IMG/VR virus record: IMGVR_UViG_3300047157_000186
Length of the DNA stretch: 64,000 bases
Direction: 5' to 3' (one strand)
From: a virus
Lineage: Duplodnaviria > Caudoviricetes
The notes below the pieces were generated by a model. That model ran no database searches. It saw nothing but the letters and a program-made list of their open reading frames with translations, and was not told the DNA's origin. Below are positions 19,301-27,590 of this stretch, one piece after another (the first letter of the stretch is position 1; each line of letters begins with the position of its first letter). The position numbers and the translations under genes are program-made.

Positions 19301-21392
19301 CGGAGAGTACACAGAGGGTTACTTAAATCCTGATGATATTAATAATACATTCTTTAAAACAGAATTAAAGAAGAAATATACGTTGATAGATGGCGGTGAT
19401 ACAAATGCGTTTGCTAACACTATATTTAAGGGTTTAAAGGTTGTATTAAAAAATAGAAAGGAATTTGCCAATAAAACTGCACTTGATTTTGTTAAAAGTA
19501 GTGAGTTTAATGGTTATAAATTTAGTGTTTTATTAAAGACAAATACAGATACTGAAACCAATGATATAGAGTTTGAGGTTATTCAAAATAAGAAGTTTAA
19601 ATTTGTAATATTTTTTATCACAATGAATCTTAGTGATTATTGGGTAAAAGGAAATATGAATAGAAAATTGTTATATGAACTAAATCATAAAATAGTATAT
19701 GATCATACTAATGAAGATTATATTTATGCTAATACGTCATTTGACGGTGCATTGAATTGGAATCAAGCTGATTTTTCAGGGGATTTACCATATACAATAG
19801 ATGGCATTACACATATTGATGGAAGTACACCTAAGTTTGATGATCAAATTTTATTGGGAGAGAATGGATTATATGGTGAGGTTTTAATGGATTTATATCC
19901 TGAAACACCTGGAAATACAATTTATAAGTTTTCAATTTATACAGTAGAAGATGATAATTCAATTAAAGTACAAGGGAAACCTGTAAACGTAAATGATCCA
20001 TATGATGTTTTAGATGTTGAGTTTTTACCTAACTATTTACAAAGTAAAATAAAGTATTACTATAAGGACGGAGGTACAAACATACACAAAGCTCTTCTAG
20101 AAAAGTTATCTATTAACAGTGTTGCTGAAATGATAAACTTAAATGATGATAGTGTTAAGTATACTACGGTAGAAGAAAATGGAGAAATAAATGCAAATAG
20201 ATTTACTATTAATTTTGAAGATGGAAATGAAATTGTAAAATATGCAACACTTTCTGTAGAAGAAGATAATGATAAACCGAAAAGTTTTAAATTGTTTAAA
20301 GGTATTATTGGTTATAATTTAATTAAATCAAGTGAGGCTGAATATTATCCATTCTTAATAAGACACAGTGGATCATATACTGTAGGATTTAAACCAGTTG
20401 TTACATTTACTGACATGTATGCTCATTTTAAATCTAATAGAGTACAAGCCACTGTAGATAACAGAGAGTCTGTATTTGAGTCATTTTTATACAAACATGC
20501 CATGAATAACTCATATGAATTAAAAACTGCCAAATCATATTATAATAGATATAATAGATGTGGTACTACGTTCAATGTAGGTCTTATTATAGATAATGAT
20601 ATACATGATTCTAATTGGGGCATTATAAAAAATCATTTTTATCATAAAGTAAATGAAATAAATCCAAACGGTATTACCAAACTCTCAGAATCTTCTGATA
20701 AATTACCATTGTACCCTCGTATTAATGAAATCGCTATTTCTAAAAAAGATGTAAACGTATTTAGATCTTCATGGGATGCAAATTATTATACTAGAGCATT
20801 ATCAGGTGGAAAATCTGAAGATATACCAGGTACATTAGATAATACAGAGGAAAAATCTTATCTTGGATCTACTACGATGAAGATTAAAAACGAGTATGAT
20901 GTTACTTCTTTTACATATGAAAATGTAGATAGTCAAGAAGATTTAGATTTTATTTTAAAGAATGGTATAAATAAGGCTGAAGTAACTGTATTTGAGGATG
21001 AAAAACAAATAGTTGCAGATTTTTATATTACTGATGCTGCTACTAGATTACTAAGAAATGACGGAGTGTTTGATGTAATAAATAAGTATGTGAATGCTGA
21101 AGATTCAGCTGGGGATAAAACAACTTTGATCGATGACGCAAATTTCTATATTAATAATAATATTATTGAAAAATTTGTAGTAGATTCTATATCGTTATAT
21201 ACTAGAGACTTTAAAGGAAGACCTTCATCAATAATAAATATAGGTGAAGATATTCGTGCTGGTGGGTTTACACCAGACAACAATTTTAGATTTAAATCTC
21301 ATAAACAAAAGCCTATGAATTTTAGATTGATATATAATAAAAGATTAGGATATTCTTACGACATTAAACCTATGATAAAAATAAAGTCATAA
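13317..21392 (+). CDS. Giant virion protein: DUF5011-type Ig-like repeats, cadherin/Big_9-like repeats and Pro-Thr linker fused to a long phage structural region
   Basis: 2691 aa. Repeats such as DTTPPVISLTG...GATALDDVD...VGVYTITYNVSDTAGN (about three copies) and TYTIVDQPTKGQL...TYT...GQDSFTFTATD (two copies) are recognisable bacterial-adhesin Ig folds. Confidence 0.7.
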   Translation: MSQITLRNSNTGADPANGANSLCFSGLDGILDLYYTGTLTANGGSSATGTILNTDSANPTPWDGQNKLYIDELGCNILRISSAGEVMELFSNDTGTGVPVCTPVITVTGPNLIDDHLEGTVYTDQGATLEEECPSGGSITVTGVPDGMTVGNYTITYTYPNAVDKIRTVNVVPAPTPVPPTATPVPTPVPDTTPPVISLTGNAIITIEVDPSFTGPYIEDGATALDDVDNDISSLIVIGNLNNVDPTNVGVYTITYNVSDTAGNPAVEVTREIQVVDTTIPVIVLQGDNPLNINIGAAYSEPGFAATDNYDDNATLTGAVVVGGDTVDNSTVGQYNITYNVTDSSNNNAVEVIRVVNVNDTSAPIPENETYDVAWNATLAIILEASDNVDSSGSLTYTIVDQPTKGQLNADGGDLFTYTHTATVYGQDSFTFTATDSEGNVSLPGTITINPINSAPVLTDPGSIQLQQNSSVVFNVGIQDADGDAITIIEDTAVSNGTIQLIQTSSNLEVTYTPNLGHFGGDTWVIIGEDSKSEQSIPLTINFAIEAVPYFEMDASSFGSDPDAMCIAPKTTNVYGGTTYANNVSELSIGDTVYYDQNLTNKVTRPSNTAIYIKVSDSSKTRVLGINANGAITSIKECESNANSVFTPVRYASSENAFCDNDVQITNLWYNDDGSGSKTLLELVNGFVNVFSNEYDSDLFTVTNTVQSSIESGVYGDVDITLNKFYKRSSINTWGENNEANSGGFDFECEEEVPQETFPITVQYLPNFEDPNLNEFCAGQIDNELTNVTLWFSRDLGASAISNLLELAQSNIAIYKSQLGAQSQDPLDLFESNIFAQGGDGHLAWDNLGDGKNLNWYGYDINNRLVVGTDIVSWGSCSTYNDRPEINGLNDITSGNNDVNMFYAFYSYMPEIEGPEGSDQNDSEDIFWPIYVIDGLHTISSGDTGSYIKDFIDNLTIGNVVTSNNTGECLAYVSNIVAEDIDDAVLLLKNNLLDSRQRPVVSSGIQLGFASEEVIKVYEDSEATKCVLGNEAEIISTYTFPFVSDYDSVKAGPNFNTETNYKLDNVAKPLLRTNPKLSGNIKIVTDSSGTVYLESINASEKLAGIKYKKHPINPNGNYAKDVASFFRATGTPSDLIYLTKRANSDLTVHDSYNKQVEEEYQYGTTYNYSKNYDEGYKMFAPIWADNNMPNNFVIFKVKDPSLLDSTHTNSSNAERISSMLKNAEIIKSFDLSKESDLGKYIRTHVQQETFPKAPLTVSFNKNENTNYNGIDLKSGELTSKGEYIYKDFVETDKPLIEANDFITDGFKRNDMLCANLLNLEFLFDDDSGADYSVSRYFGLYVDTIDSGVGEISSINNNNVITFGKIDSLVDSTNPVTAIPSYKQMSTSPTLGYVKINDIFYKISNTGLYDPFKLEVKVDGDNEIISNTIGISHVGRSVNLTRNEDQGFDFVKMTIIGTPDGADKIAVLESREESYKFTFVKHTPGELINIEIEDNGVISNLFNNDVQLGVDFETTAANIITTPKDANLNITFDYNTKSVIITEIKTNLGDLNMRITGAISSIVRVDQLQSNVNLQDRTYVSNYTLPKGTYKGQQFSNQGTTGDIASALASAIHDDDSELDSYNVGSDIFVKTKIPGYRLNQHVILVNKENVTDFIKVENEDLNNILNLKESSNSIKENWRSHYLSGGNTRNRSVFVDNTTLSEISTGDYLETNYEGIYNKVLDIVEDIDSIDSTKSKIILSLDSDINDGETRVFNNNIVHVGLFSAYNLYDMDFDFYDTSNSDLKELSLETRENINYEPYENAILNIDPITSEFNSVLAASDIFDDNYALEPIDYFSNLSGILSEETIDEELSENITSEFDRLKENELKEFATKSRVVPNINKWVLKDSLNIKEQPYYLNINEAFGRTNFSPDLSAVGRSKNDMTHEWFYMDKNPKYLRYDELNQGFSYVNFIEDFELTSDLFKSTKNNYFDKFMISEGFEKNLNKEDLDSIFQKFGEYTEGYLNPDDINNTFFKTELKKKYTLIDGGDTNAFANTIFKGLKVVLKNRKEFANKTALDFVKSSEFNGYKFSVLLKTNTDTETNDIEFEVIQNKKFKFVIFFITMNLSDYWVKGNMNRKLLYELNHKIVYDHTNEDYIYANTSFDGALNWNQADFSGDLPYTIDGITHIDGSTPKFDDQILLGENGLYGEVLMDLYPETPGNTIYKFSIYTVEDDNSIKVQGKPVNVNDPYDVLDVEFLPNYLQSKIKYYYKDGGTNIHKALLEKLSINSVAEMINLNDDSVKYTTVEENGEINANRFTINFEDGNEIVKYATLSVEEDNDKPKSFKLFKGIIGYNLIKSSEAEYYPFLIRHSGSYTVGFKPVVTFTDMYAHFKSNRVQATVDNRESVFESFLYKHAMNNSYELKTAKSYYNRYNRCGTTFNVGLIIDNDIHDSNWGIIKNHFYHKVNEINPNGITKLSESSDKLPLYPRINEIAISKKDVNVFRSSWDANYYTRALSGGKSEDIPGTLDNTEEKSYLGSTTMKIKNEYDVTSFTYENVDSQEDLDFILKNGINKAEVTVFEDEKQIVADFYITDAATRLLRNDGVFDVINKYVNAEDSAGDKTTLIDDANFYINNNIIEKFVVDSISLYTRDFKGRPSSIINIGEDIRAGGFTPDNNFRFKSHKQKPMNFRLIYNKRLGYSYDIKPMIKIKS
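21329..21339 (+). promoter_or_regulatory. Late-type promoter motif embedded in the 3' end of the giant gene
   Basis: Exact GATATATAATA about 55 bp upstream of the ATG at 21394. Confidence 0.4.
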
Positions 21393-21393
21393 A

Positions 21394-22734
21394 ATGGCAA
21401 TTAACATTCAAGAGATACTACACCCGAGTGATTCGAACTCTATTAAGTTTGAAAAAATCAACTATAACTTTGACCAAATATTGGCAAATGGAGGTGGACC
21501 TGTCGGTCCCAAGGGACAAAAAGGAGATCAAGGTCAAGTTGGTTCTACTGGACAAAAAGGAGAAAAAGGTGAGATTGGTAATACTGGTTTAAAAGGAGAT
21601 TCAGGGGCAACTGATAGTCCATGGTATAAAGTTGAATTAGATGCTAATTCAGATGGCCAAAATGAGGTTACTATTCTAAAACCAAAAAGAGGAACTGATT
21701 TACAACTTCCTATAATTTGGTTAGGGGATTCTACATTTGAAGAAGATTCTAATGACGGTGATATTTCAACAAATGCAAGATTAACAATAGCAACCGATGG
21801 TGTTTTTGCAAATTATCTAAAATTATTTCATGACTCTGTTCATGGTTTAGTATTAACTAGTGAAGAAAGTGGAGCTTATAAAAGATTTGCTTTTAAAAAT
21901 AATTTTGGTAGCAGTAACATAGAGTTCGGCGCAACTACTAATAAGATATCTTTAGTTGCTACAAGTTCTAATGCTTATTTTCAAGGTGAAGGCGTAACAA
22001 TTAAAACAACTGGATCAAATAACCTTAGTTTAGAAACTTCTGGTAATGGTATATTGGATGTAGATATAAATGCTGAATTTAAAGGTTACGTAAGGTTGCC
22101 TTATGGTGGAACTGGACAAAGACCATTAAATCCACAAGTAGGTATGATAAGATTTAATAGTGATTTAGATATCGCTGAAGCTTATTATTACAACGGTGGT
22201 TCACCAGAGTGGAGAGAATTGTGTACAGATTGTGGTAGCGGAGTAGCAGATAGTATTGGAATTATAGGTGGAAACATTGATGCATATGCTGATGGAAGTC
22301 CAGTAGTAACTGACACTATTTCTATTGGAGGTGGAAACATTAATGCAAATAGTGACGGGTCACCAAGTTCAAGTGTGCCTAATCCGACTGCAACACCAAA
22401 TCCAACGGCACAACCAACCCCAGCCCCAACTAGTGGATCGGGTAGTGGTTCGGGACCAAATCCAACTGCAACGCCAACTAGTGGATCAGGCAGTGGATCA
22501 GGGCCAAATCCAACTGCAACGCCAACTAGTGGATCAGGCAGTGGATCAGGGCCAAATCCAACTGCAACGCCAACTAGTGGTGGTGGTTCAGGAACAGGAT
22601 CAGGAACAGGTTCAGGTGGTGATAACGAAATTATCGAAGATGATGGTGAAAGCTTAGGCGGAGGAGGAACTAGTTCGGGAACTGGAAGCGGAGGAACTAG
22701 CTCTGGAACAGGTTCGGGAACTAATAGTTATTAA
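21394..22734 (+). CDS. Collagen-repeat tail fibre-like protein with Pro/Thr/Gly/Ser-rich C-terminus
   Basis: G-X-Y run GPVGPKGQKGDQGQVGSTGQKGEKGEIGNTGLKGDSG; fibre motif LPYGGTGQRPLNPQVGMIRFNSD; low-complexity tail. Confidence 0.7.
   Translation: MAINIQEILHPSDSNSIKFEKINYNFDQILANGGGPVGPKGQKGDQGQVGSTGQKGEKGEIGNTGLKGDSGATDSPWYKVELDANSDGQNEVTILKPKRGTDLQLPIIWLGDSTFEEDSNDGDISTNARLTIATDGVFANYLKLFHDSVHGLVLTSEESGAYKRFAFKNNFGSSNIEFGATTNKISLVATSSNAYFQGEGVTIKTTGSNNLSLETSGNGILDVDINAEFKGYVRLPYGGTGQRPLNPQVGMIRFNSDLDIAEAYYYNGGSPEWRELCTDCGSGVADSIGIIGGNIDAYADGSPVVTDTISIGGGNINANSDGSPSSSVPNPTATPNPTAQPTPAPTSGSGSGSGPNPTATPTSGSGSGSGPNPTATPTSGSGSGSGPNPTATPTSGGGSGTGSGTGSGGDNEIIEDDGESLGGGGTSSGTGSGGTSSGTGSGTNSY
22456..22580 (+). 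repeat. 48-bp coding tandem repeat (2.6 copies) encoding PNPTATPTSGSGSGSG
   Basis: CCAAATCCAACTGCAACGCCAACTAGTGGATCAGGCAGTGGATCAGGG at 22456 and 22504, partial copy at 22552. Confidence 0.9.
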
Positions 22735-22745
22735 AATAAAAACAA

Positions 22746-22753
22746 GATAAATA
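22746..22753 (+). promoter_or_regulatory. Late-type promoter motif GATAAATA
   Basis: Intergenic, upstream of 22773. Confidence 0.45.
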
Positions 22754-22772
22754 TAAAAACATAAATAATAAA

Positions 22773-24137
22773 ATGAGCTACGATTATACAAGAACTGTCT
22801 CAATTACACCGGTAAGTACATCCTATTCATGGGATGCTACTCCTAATTGGATTACTATAACAAGAGTTTCTGTTAACTCCGATGACTGGACAATTACACT
22901 TCAAGAAAACACAGGTGATGCACGTAGTGCGACACTTACTGTTAGACATGCTAATTCAACAACGGTTGACACTATAACTGTGAATCAAGCTGAGGGTGTA
23001 GGTGTGCCTGATCCAACTGCAACGCCAGTTCCGACTTCGGTTCCGACTGCAACGCCAGCTCCGACGAACGTACCAAATCCAACGCCAGTTCCACCAACTG
23101 CAACGCCAGTTCCACCAACTGCAACGCCAGTTCCAACTGTTCAACCAACACCTGGTCCAAACCCAACGTTTACATTTGCAACTAATACAACGTCTGGTAA
23201 TAGATTTATATTTGCACCTAGTAGTCTTAATACTGATGTATCATATACAATCGTAGCAGATGGTAACACTAGTCCAGCTGCGCCAAGTAATTTTAGTACC
23301 AATGGTGTTAGTGGTTCAAATCAAACTGGACCAACTGTAACAAACAATTCGAACGTATTTACTGGAACTTATAGGTTTACAAAAACTTTTTCACCAATTG
23401 CTGATCTGAATGTTAACTGTACAGTAAGTGCACCATATGGCACATCAGATACTTGGTATTGTACGCTTGAAGCAGATTCAGGTCCTAAAAATACAGCTAC
23501 GCCAAGTCCAACTAATAGTTCAGGCTCTGGTTCAGGTTCGGGACCAACTGCAACACCAATTCCTAATCCAACTGCAACACCAGTTCCATCTTCAACGCCA
23601 TCGTATAGTGGCGGAGGCGGCGGAGGCGGATGTCACGTAGCTGGAGAATTACTTACGTTAGCTAATGGTGAAACTAAATTAGTAGAAGATGTAGTTGTAG
23701 GAGATAACTTATTATCTGTTAATTTTGATGGATTTAGTTTAGATGGAGAGTGGAAATCATGGAAAAGAAGAGAAGAAACTCTTGGATCTGTGTATACAAA
23801 CACGACTGTTACTAATGTTACTGTTTTAGAATTCGATAAATATTATGACTTCAATAATGGATTATTAAAAATCACAGAAGAACATCCTGTCCTAGTAAAA
23901 GATACTGTAGGAGATATTTACTTCAAACAAGTAAGAGATATTGTTAATTCTGATTGGCTCTTAAATGAAGACAATGAATGGGTAGATATTACATCTATAG
24001 AATTGATAGCGGTACCTGAGAGATTTACAACATATTCCTTTAACGTAGAAGAAGCTGATGTTTATTTTGCAAATGGTATAATAGTACACAATGTTGAGGA
24101 TCTTGAAGAGGATCGCGAAAAACAATTTATGCAATAA
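22773..24137 (+). CDS. BACON/Ig-like + Pro-Thr linker protein with C-terminal Hint (intein-like) domain
   Basis: N-terminal WDATPNWITIT...ITLQENTGDARSATLTVR...ITVNQA is BACON-like; PTATPVP repeats; C-terminal CHVAGELLTLANG...YSFNVEEADVYFANGIIVHN. Confidence 0.75.
   Translation: MSYDYTRTVSITPVSTSYSWDATPNWITITRVSVNSDDWTITLQENTGDARSATLTVRHANSTTVDTITVNQAEGVGVPDPTATPVPTSVPTATPAPTNVPNPTPVPPTATPVPPTATPVPTVQPTPGPNPTFTFATNTTSGNRFIFAPSSLNTDVSYTIVADGNTSPAAPSNFSTNGVSGSNQTGPTVTNNSNVFTGTYRFTKTFSPIADLNVNCTVSAPYGTSDTWYCTLEADSGPKNTATPSPTNSSGSGSGSGPTATPIPNPTATPVPSSTPSYSGGGGGGGCHVAGELLTLANGETKLVEDVVVGDNLLSVNFDGFSLDGEWKSWKRREETLGSVYTNTTVTNVTVLEFDKYYDFNNGLLKITEEHPVLVKDTVGDIYFKQVRDIVNSDWLLNEDNEWVDITSIELIAVPERFTTYSFNVEEADVYFANGIIVHNVEDLEEDREKQFMQ
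23080..23135 (+). repeat. 21-bp coding tandem repeat (2.7 copies) encoding PTATPVP
   Basis: CAACGCCAGTTCCACCAACTG at 23080 and 23101, partial copy at 23122. Confidence 0.85.
23631..24092 (+). other. Hint (Hedgehog/intein) autoprocessing domain, about 154 aa, no endonuclease
   Basis: Block A Cys (TGT at 23631) after a poly-Gly run; block B-like KITEEHPVLV; block F/G YSFNVE...YFANGIIVHN (His-Asn at 24087-24092). Confidence 0.85.
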
Positions 24138-24941
24138 ATGAGTATTATAAATAAAATTATTAGTAATAAGAACACCCTCACTTTTGTGTTGGGTGCTCTT
24201 TTTGTTTTAATGTTTTTAAAACAATGTGACAGTATATCTTCTTTGAAACAAGACGTTAAATTAGCACAAGAAGATGCTGGTAGACAACTTAATAATTTTA
24301 AAGCGGCTCAAGATTCTGTTACTATATTAAGAAATGATAATGGTGATCAGCTTGCTCAGATTAGATCTTATGAATTTGATTTATCAAATATGGAATCTAG
24401 CCAAACTAAGTTGACTAAAAAATATAAGAAAGTGCTAGCACTTAATGATGACTTAAAAGAAGTTAACTCATTAATTTCGGCTAACCTAGAAATTACAGAT
24501 AGTTTAGATGTAACTACTACAACTGAGACCATTGACACAACAACTACTAAAGTTACGTTTGCATCATCAGAAGATTTTGGTAATGGTAACTCTAGAAAAC
24601 TAACAGGGTTTTCTACCTTTAAATATGAATTTGAAAAATTTAAAGTATTGGAAACTAAGTTTGAATTGACACAAACTTTAAGTTTAATGGCTGCAATTGA
24701 GAACGTAAATGGAGCCGATAGATTAAAGTTATCGACAAGCTATCCTGGATTAGAGATTAAAGATATTGAAAATATAAACTTAGTTAATAGCAGATTAAAT
24801 AGAAAAGACCAAAAGAAATCTAGATGGCTAGTTGGTTTTGGTGTTGGATATGGAATTAATTTAAACAATAACCAAGTGATTAGTACTGGACCATCTATTG
24901 GTGTAGGACTTTATTGGTCACCTAAATTTTTACAATTTTAA
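24138..24941 (+). CDS. Membrane-anchored coiled-coil protein, possible spanin-like lysis/envelope protein
   Basis: N-terminal hydrophobic helix TLTFVLGALFVLMFL followed by KQC, a long coiled coil, and a C-terminal Gly/aromatic beta-strand segment ending in Phe. Confidence 0.45.
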   Translation: MSIINKIISNKNTLTFVLGALFVLMFLKQCDSISSLKQDVKLAQEDAGRQLNNFKAAQDSVTILRNDNGDQLAQIRSYEFDLSNMESSQTKLTKKYKKVLALNDDLKEVNSLISANLEITDSLDVTTTTETIDTTTTKVTFASSEDFGNGNSRKLTGFSTFKYEFEKFKVLETKFELTQTLSLMAAIENVNGADRLKLSTSYPGLEIKDIENINLVNSRLNRKDQKKSRWLVGFGVGYGINLNNNQVISTGPSIGVGLYWSPKFLQF

Positions 24942-24944
24942 AAC

Positions 24945-27009
24945 ATGGCTCAATCAAGCAGATATTTTTACTTAGATTCAAGATATTTTATTAGAATTTA
25001 TTTATCATGACCAAGGAAATCCTTCTAAATATCAAATAGAAGTTGACGATAATGGTAGTGAGGTAAAATTCTTAGACACAGTAAAAGGAATTACTTCAGA
25101 AAAAAGACACTTAATTAATGAATTAGGTAGTGCTGTTGTAAACTTTGATGTAACAGAAACTTCAGGATATTTATCAGTTGAAAACTTTGCATCAAGAACT
25201 TTACTTTTACAAAACGGAAAAACTTATAAATTTAATTTAAGTTTATTAACAGATCCTAGTTTATTTCAAATCAGTGGAGCTTTAGGGATATACTCTTATT
25301 CTGATGTAACTAAGATTGCTCAATTTACACCTAATCAAAATGGGATAATTGAATATTCTTACGAAGGTTTAATTGGAGGTAAAATAATAGTAGACACAAG
25401 AGCAAATCCATTATTTGCAAATCCAGATGAAAATACAGGAAACGATATTAATCAAACTATTGGAAGATATCACGCTATAAAATCTGGTAATACTGGTACT
25501 AAATATGCACTACTAGGCTATGATTCGACAGGAGATTATGAAATGTTTAATTACGTTAATAATAACGTTGAGTGGGCCGGTGGAAATGAAACTGATCTTT
25601 TAAACAACCAAACTAATGCAACTGCAAATATTAATTATATCAAATACGATAGTATTAGGTTACATCTTAGAAGTGGGTATAGTTTTGCTGCCAGAGGATA
25701 TGAAGGGTTTTTATTCGAAATAGCAACTAAAAGAAATTCAGGTGTCAGGAACAATTTAACACAATTAGTATACTTAAATACTAGTAACTATGAATACGCT
25801 AATCCTAAACCTTTTATTTTAGGTGAGACATTATATAGTAAATTTATTGATATTAAAATTCCTACTCTTGTAGAACAGAATGAAGAGTTTAATGATTTAT
25901 TTTATGGAGATGGAAGTGTAGGTTCTAGTGATTTAGATCCAACTTCTAATTATGAAATGACATTTAAATTAATAGATACATTACAAACTATTAATGGATT
26001 TGATTATTTCCTTACAGGTGAAGAGAATAGTTTTACTATTTCTAGAGAAGATGAATTTCAAGATTTTACTGTGGTAGTAGAAGATGCTACTGATGGTGAT
26101 TACTTTAAGATATACGGAGAAAAAGATAATTCTATAGGAGCCTTTGAAGCGTACATACTAAATCAAATAACTAAGACTTCAGATGATATAGTTGTAATGT
26201 TTGATGTTGATGTTTTCGAAACTATAGGAAGTGTTGATATTAAAACATTCCAAACATCGTATACACAATATGAAGATTTCAATACACCTATTGTTTTTAG
26301 ACCAGTGATTATTAATAGTAATACTGCTTCTAGTTTTTCAGTAGATGTAACTATGAGAATTTGGAATCAAACTGATAATACACAAATAGTAAAAAGAGCT
26401 AGTTTAACTTTAACACAGGCTGCAAAGTATGGTAAAAGATTAAACAAGTTAAAAATTAATTCCCCAAATCAGTTAACTGAAGTTTATAATGTTTTACCTG
26501 AATTATCTTCTAATAAAATTATAGAAGGAATATTCACAGACAACTTGCCTAAAAGTATAAAATATGTTCCTACATTTATAGAAAGACACAATGTTATTGC
26601 ATCAAAATCAAAAATAGTGTTTGATTCTTCTAATGAAAATATAATGACACAGAGTATTACTGAGGTAGATACTTCTGAGTTTGTGAATGAAACTAAACTA
26701 AATATTGATATACCTCCATTTACTTCATATTATAAATTTGTGATTGCTAAAAGAAAAGGTGATGATGTAGAATTTATTTCTTTTACAAATGCAGAAAATG
26801 TAATATTAACATTCGGTGATGGAAAACAAAAATTAAAATTTAATCATATATCAAACAAGGATATTGATATGGGTGAAGGTGAAGTTTTGTTTAAAATAAG
26901 TGAAGCTAATGCTAATACTATTAGAGGTATGAAAAACAATAAGTTTTATATTAGTGTTAATAATGGCATTGACGAGAATATGATCATGTCTGGTAAATTT
27001 AAGAAATAA
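24945..27009 (+). CDS. Hypothetical structural protein (about 690 aa), one apparent +1 frameshift near 24981
   Basis: ATG at 24945 (MAQSSRYFYLDS). The frame of the 25543 ORF is open back to about 24982 (DILLEFIYHDQGNPSK...), so one extra A joins the two parts. Confidence 0.6.
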
Positions 27010-27018
27010 TAAAAAACA

Positions 27019-27573
27019 ATGATCTTAAATAGTAGAAATAATTCATTCGACTTTAGGTTTCCTAGAGGATTTGTACCTAAAGAAGTTGCTGATAAATATA
27101 AAAAATATATTAATAATGTGCCAGGTGGTTTATTATCTGAACCTGTAGATTTTATAAATTATAGCATTCAAGGTATTAATATACCTGGTGTTTCTTTTAA
27201 TCCGTTAACACAAGAAGATAATGACGGTTCTATAAGATATCACAGGGGTGCTATTCCAATACAAAACACAATTAATAGAGAATTTACAGTTAGTATGCAA
27301 TTACTAGATGGGTTTATTAATTATTGGATTATGATGGATACACTTTTATGGTATTACGCTAGATCTACTAAGCAATCTCATATAGAATCTCCATTAACTT
27401 TAAGAATATTAGATGCAGAAGGAGCATCAGTAGCATATATGGAATTCACAGATTGTATCATGAACTCTATTAATGAATTAAATTTAAATTTTGCAGAAAA
27501 CGTTGCATCTTTTCAAACATTTGAAGTTACGTTCTTTTATAATAGATTAAACCTTAGATTAGAATTAGAATAA
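27019..27573 (+). CDS. Tail-tube-fold protein (T4 gp3 tail completion / gp19-like)
   Basis: 184 aa; YSIQGINIPGVS and YMEFTDCIMNSINELNLNF...TFEVTFFY match the tube/terminator family pattern. Confidence 0.6.
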   Translation: MILNSRNNSFDFRFPRGFVPKEVADKYKKYINNVPGGLLSEPVDFINYSIQGINIPGVSFNPLTQEDNDGSIRYHRGAIPIQNTINREFTVSMQLLDGFINYWIMMDTLLWYYARSTKQSHIESPLTLRILDAEGASVAYMEFTDCIMNSINELNLNFAENVASFQTFEVTFFYNRLNLRLELE

Positions 27574-27578
27574 AATAA

Positions 27579-27589
27579 GATATATAATA
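27579..27589 (+). promoter_or_regulatory. Late-type promoter motif GATATATAATA
   Basis: Immediately upstream of the ATG at 27591. Confidence 0.5.
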
Positions 27590-27590
27590 C

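Noticed and set aside
22456-22580. Possible CRISPR-like array
   Set aside because: Units are contiguous, in frame and have no unique spacers; a coding tandem repeat. The 18-bp repeats at 34.7-35.3 kb are also in frame, unevenly spaced and have no cas genes nearby.
22325-23640. Gln/Leu/Arg-rich alternative-frame ORFs (22325-22657, 22956-23144, 22972-23166, 23002-23256, 23428-23640)
   Set aside because: By-products of stop-free Pro-Thr tandem repeats read in other frames.
23631-24092. Canonical mobile intein
   Set aside because: No homing-endonuclease insert, the +1 residue is Val, and the C-extein is only 14 aa; treated as a BIL/Hint domain instead.
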